Origin: Desulfosoma sp.
GTDB taxonomy: Bacteria > Desulfobacterota > Syntrophobacteria > Syntrophobacterales > DSM-9756
Direction: 5' to 3'
DNA: 14,594 nt
Assembly (NCBI GenBank): GCA_037481835.1
Contig: JBBFKW010000012.1
Location: forward strand, 1 to 14,594
In this document: one piece after another, positions 14,567-14,594 of the stretch
Layout of the letters: each line of letters opens with the position of its first letter
Position numbering within the stretch: the first letter of the stretch is position 1
The notes under the pieces: generated by a model
What the model was told of the DNA's origin: nothing
The model's database searches: none
Seen by the model: only the letters and a program-made list of their open reading frames with translations
Position numbers and translations under genes: made by a program

Positions 14567-14594
14567 AAGTTCATAGATATTCGGCAAGATGTAG

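Noticed and set aside
12803..14587. 594-aa minus-strand ORF opposite the leuA-like gene
   Set aside because: Antisense shadow with no recognisable domain.

Overview
GC-rich bacterial chromosomal window of mostly housekeeping genes. The gene set and a Thermus-like aminopropyltransferase suggest a possibly thermophilic Desulfobacterota/deltaproteobacterium; this is inference only. Gene order: AcuB-like CBS-ACT protein (-); a 135-aa hypothetical (+); a minus-strand trio of GAF-GAF-degenerate GGDEF protein, stand-alone mreB paralogue (no mreCD) and a 66-aa Cys-rich protein; mutL-miaA-dynamin-like GTPase (+); speD-speE-FmdB-type Zn ribbon-RluA pseudouridine synthase (-); a divergent LeuA-family protein (+); and a GTAG-type REP at the right edge. 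No rRNA, tRNA, CRISPR array or transposase was seen. The four most interesting points are: (1) the sensor-MreB-metal-protein module; (2) a LeuA paralogue with several eroded catalytic motifs but an intact regulatory domain; (3) a chain of overlapping mini-uORFs and an anti-SD switch upstream of speD; (4) a lone dynamin with atypical G3/G4 motifs following mutL-miaA. All family assignments come from motif recognition by eye; no searches were run.
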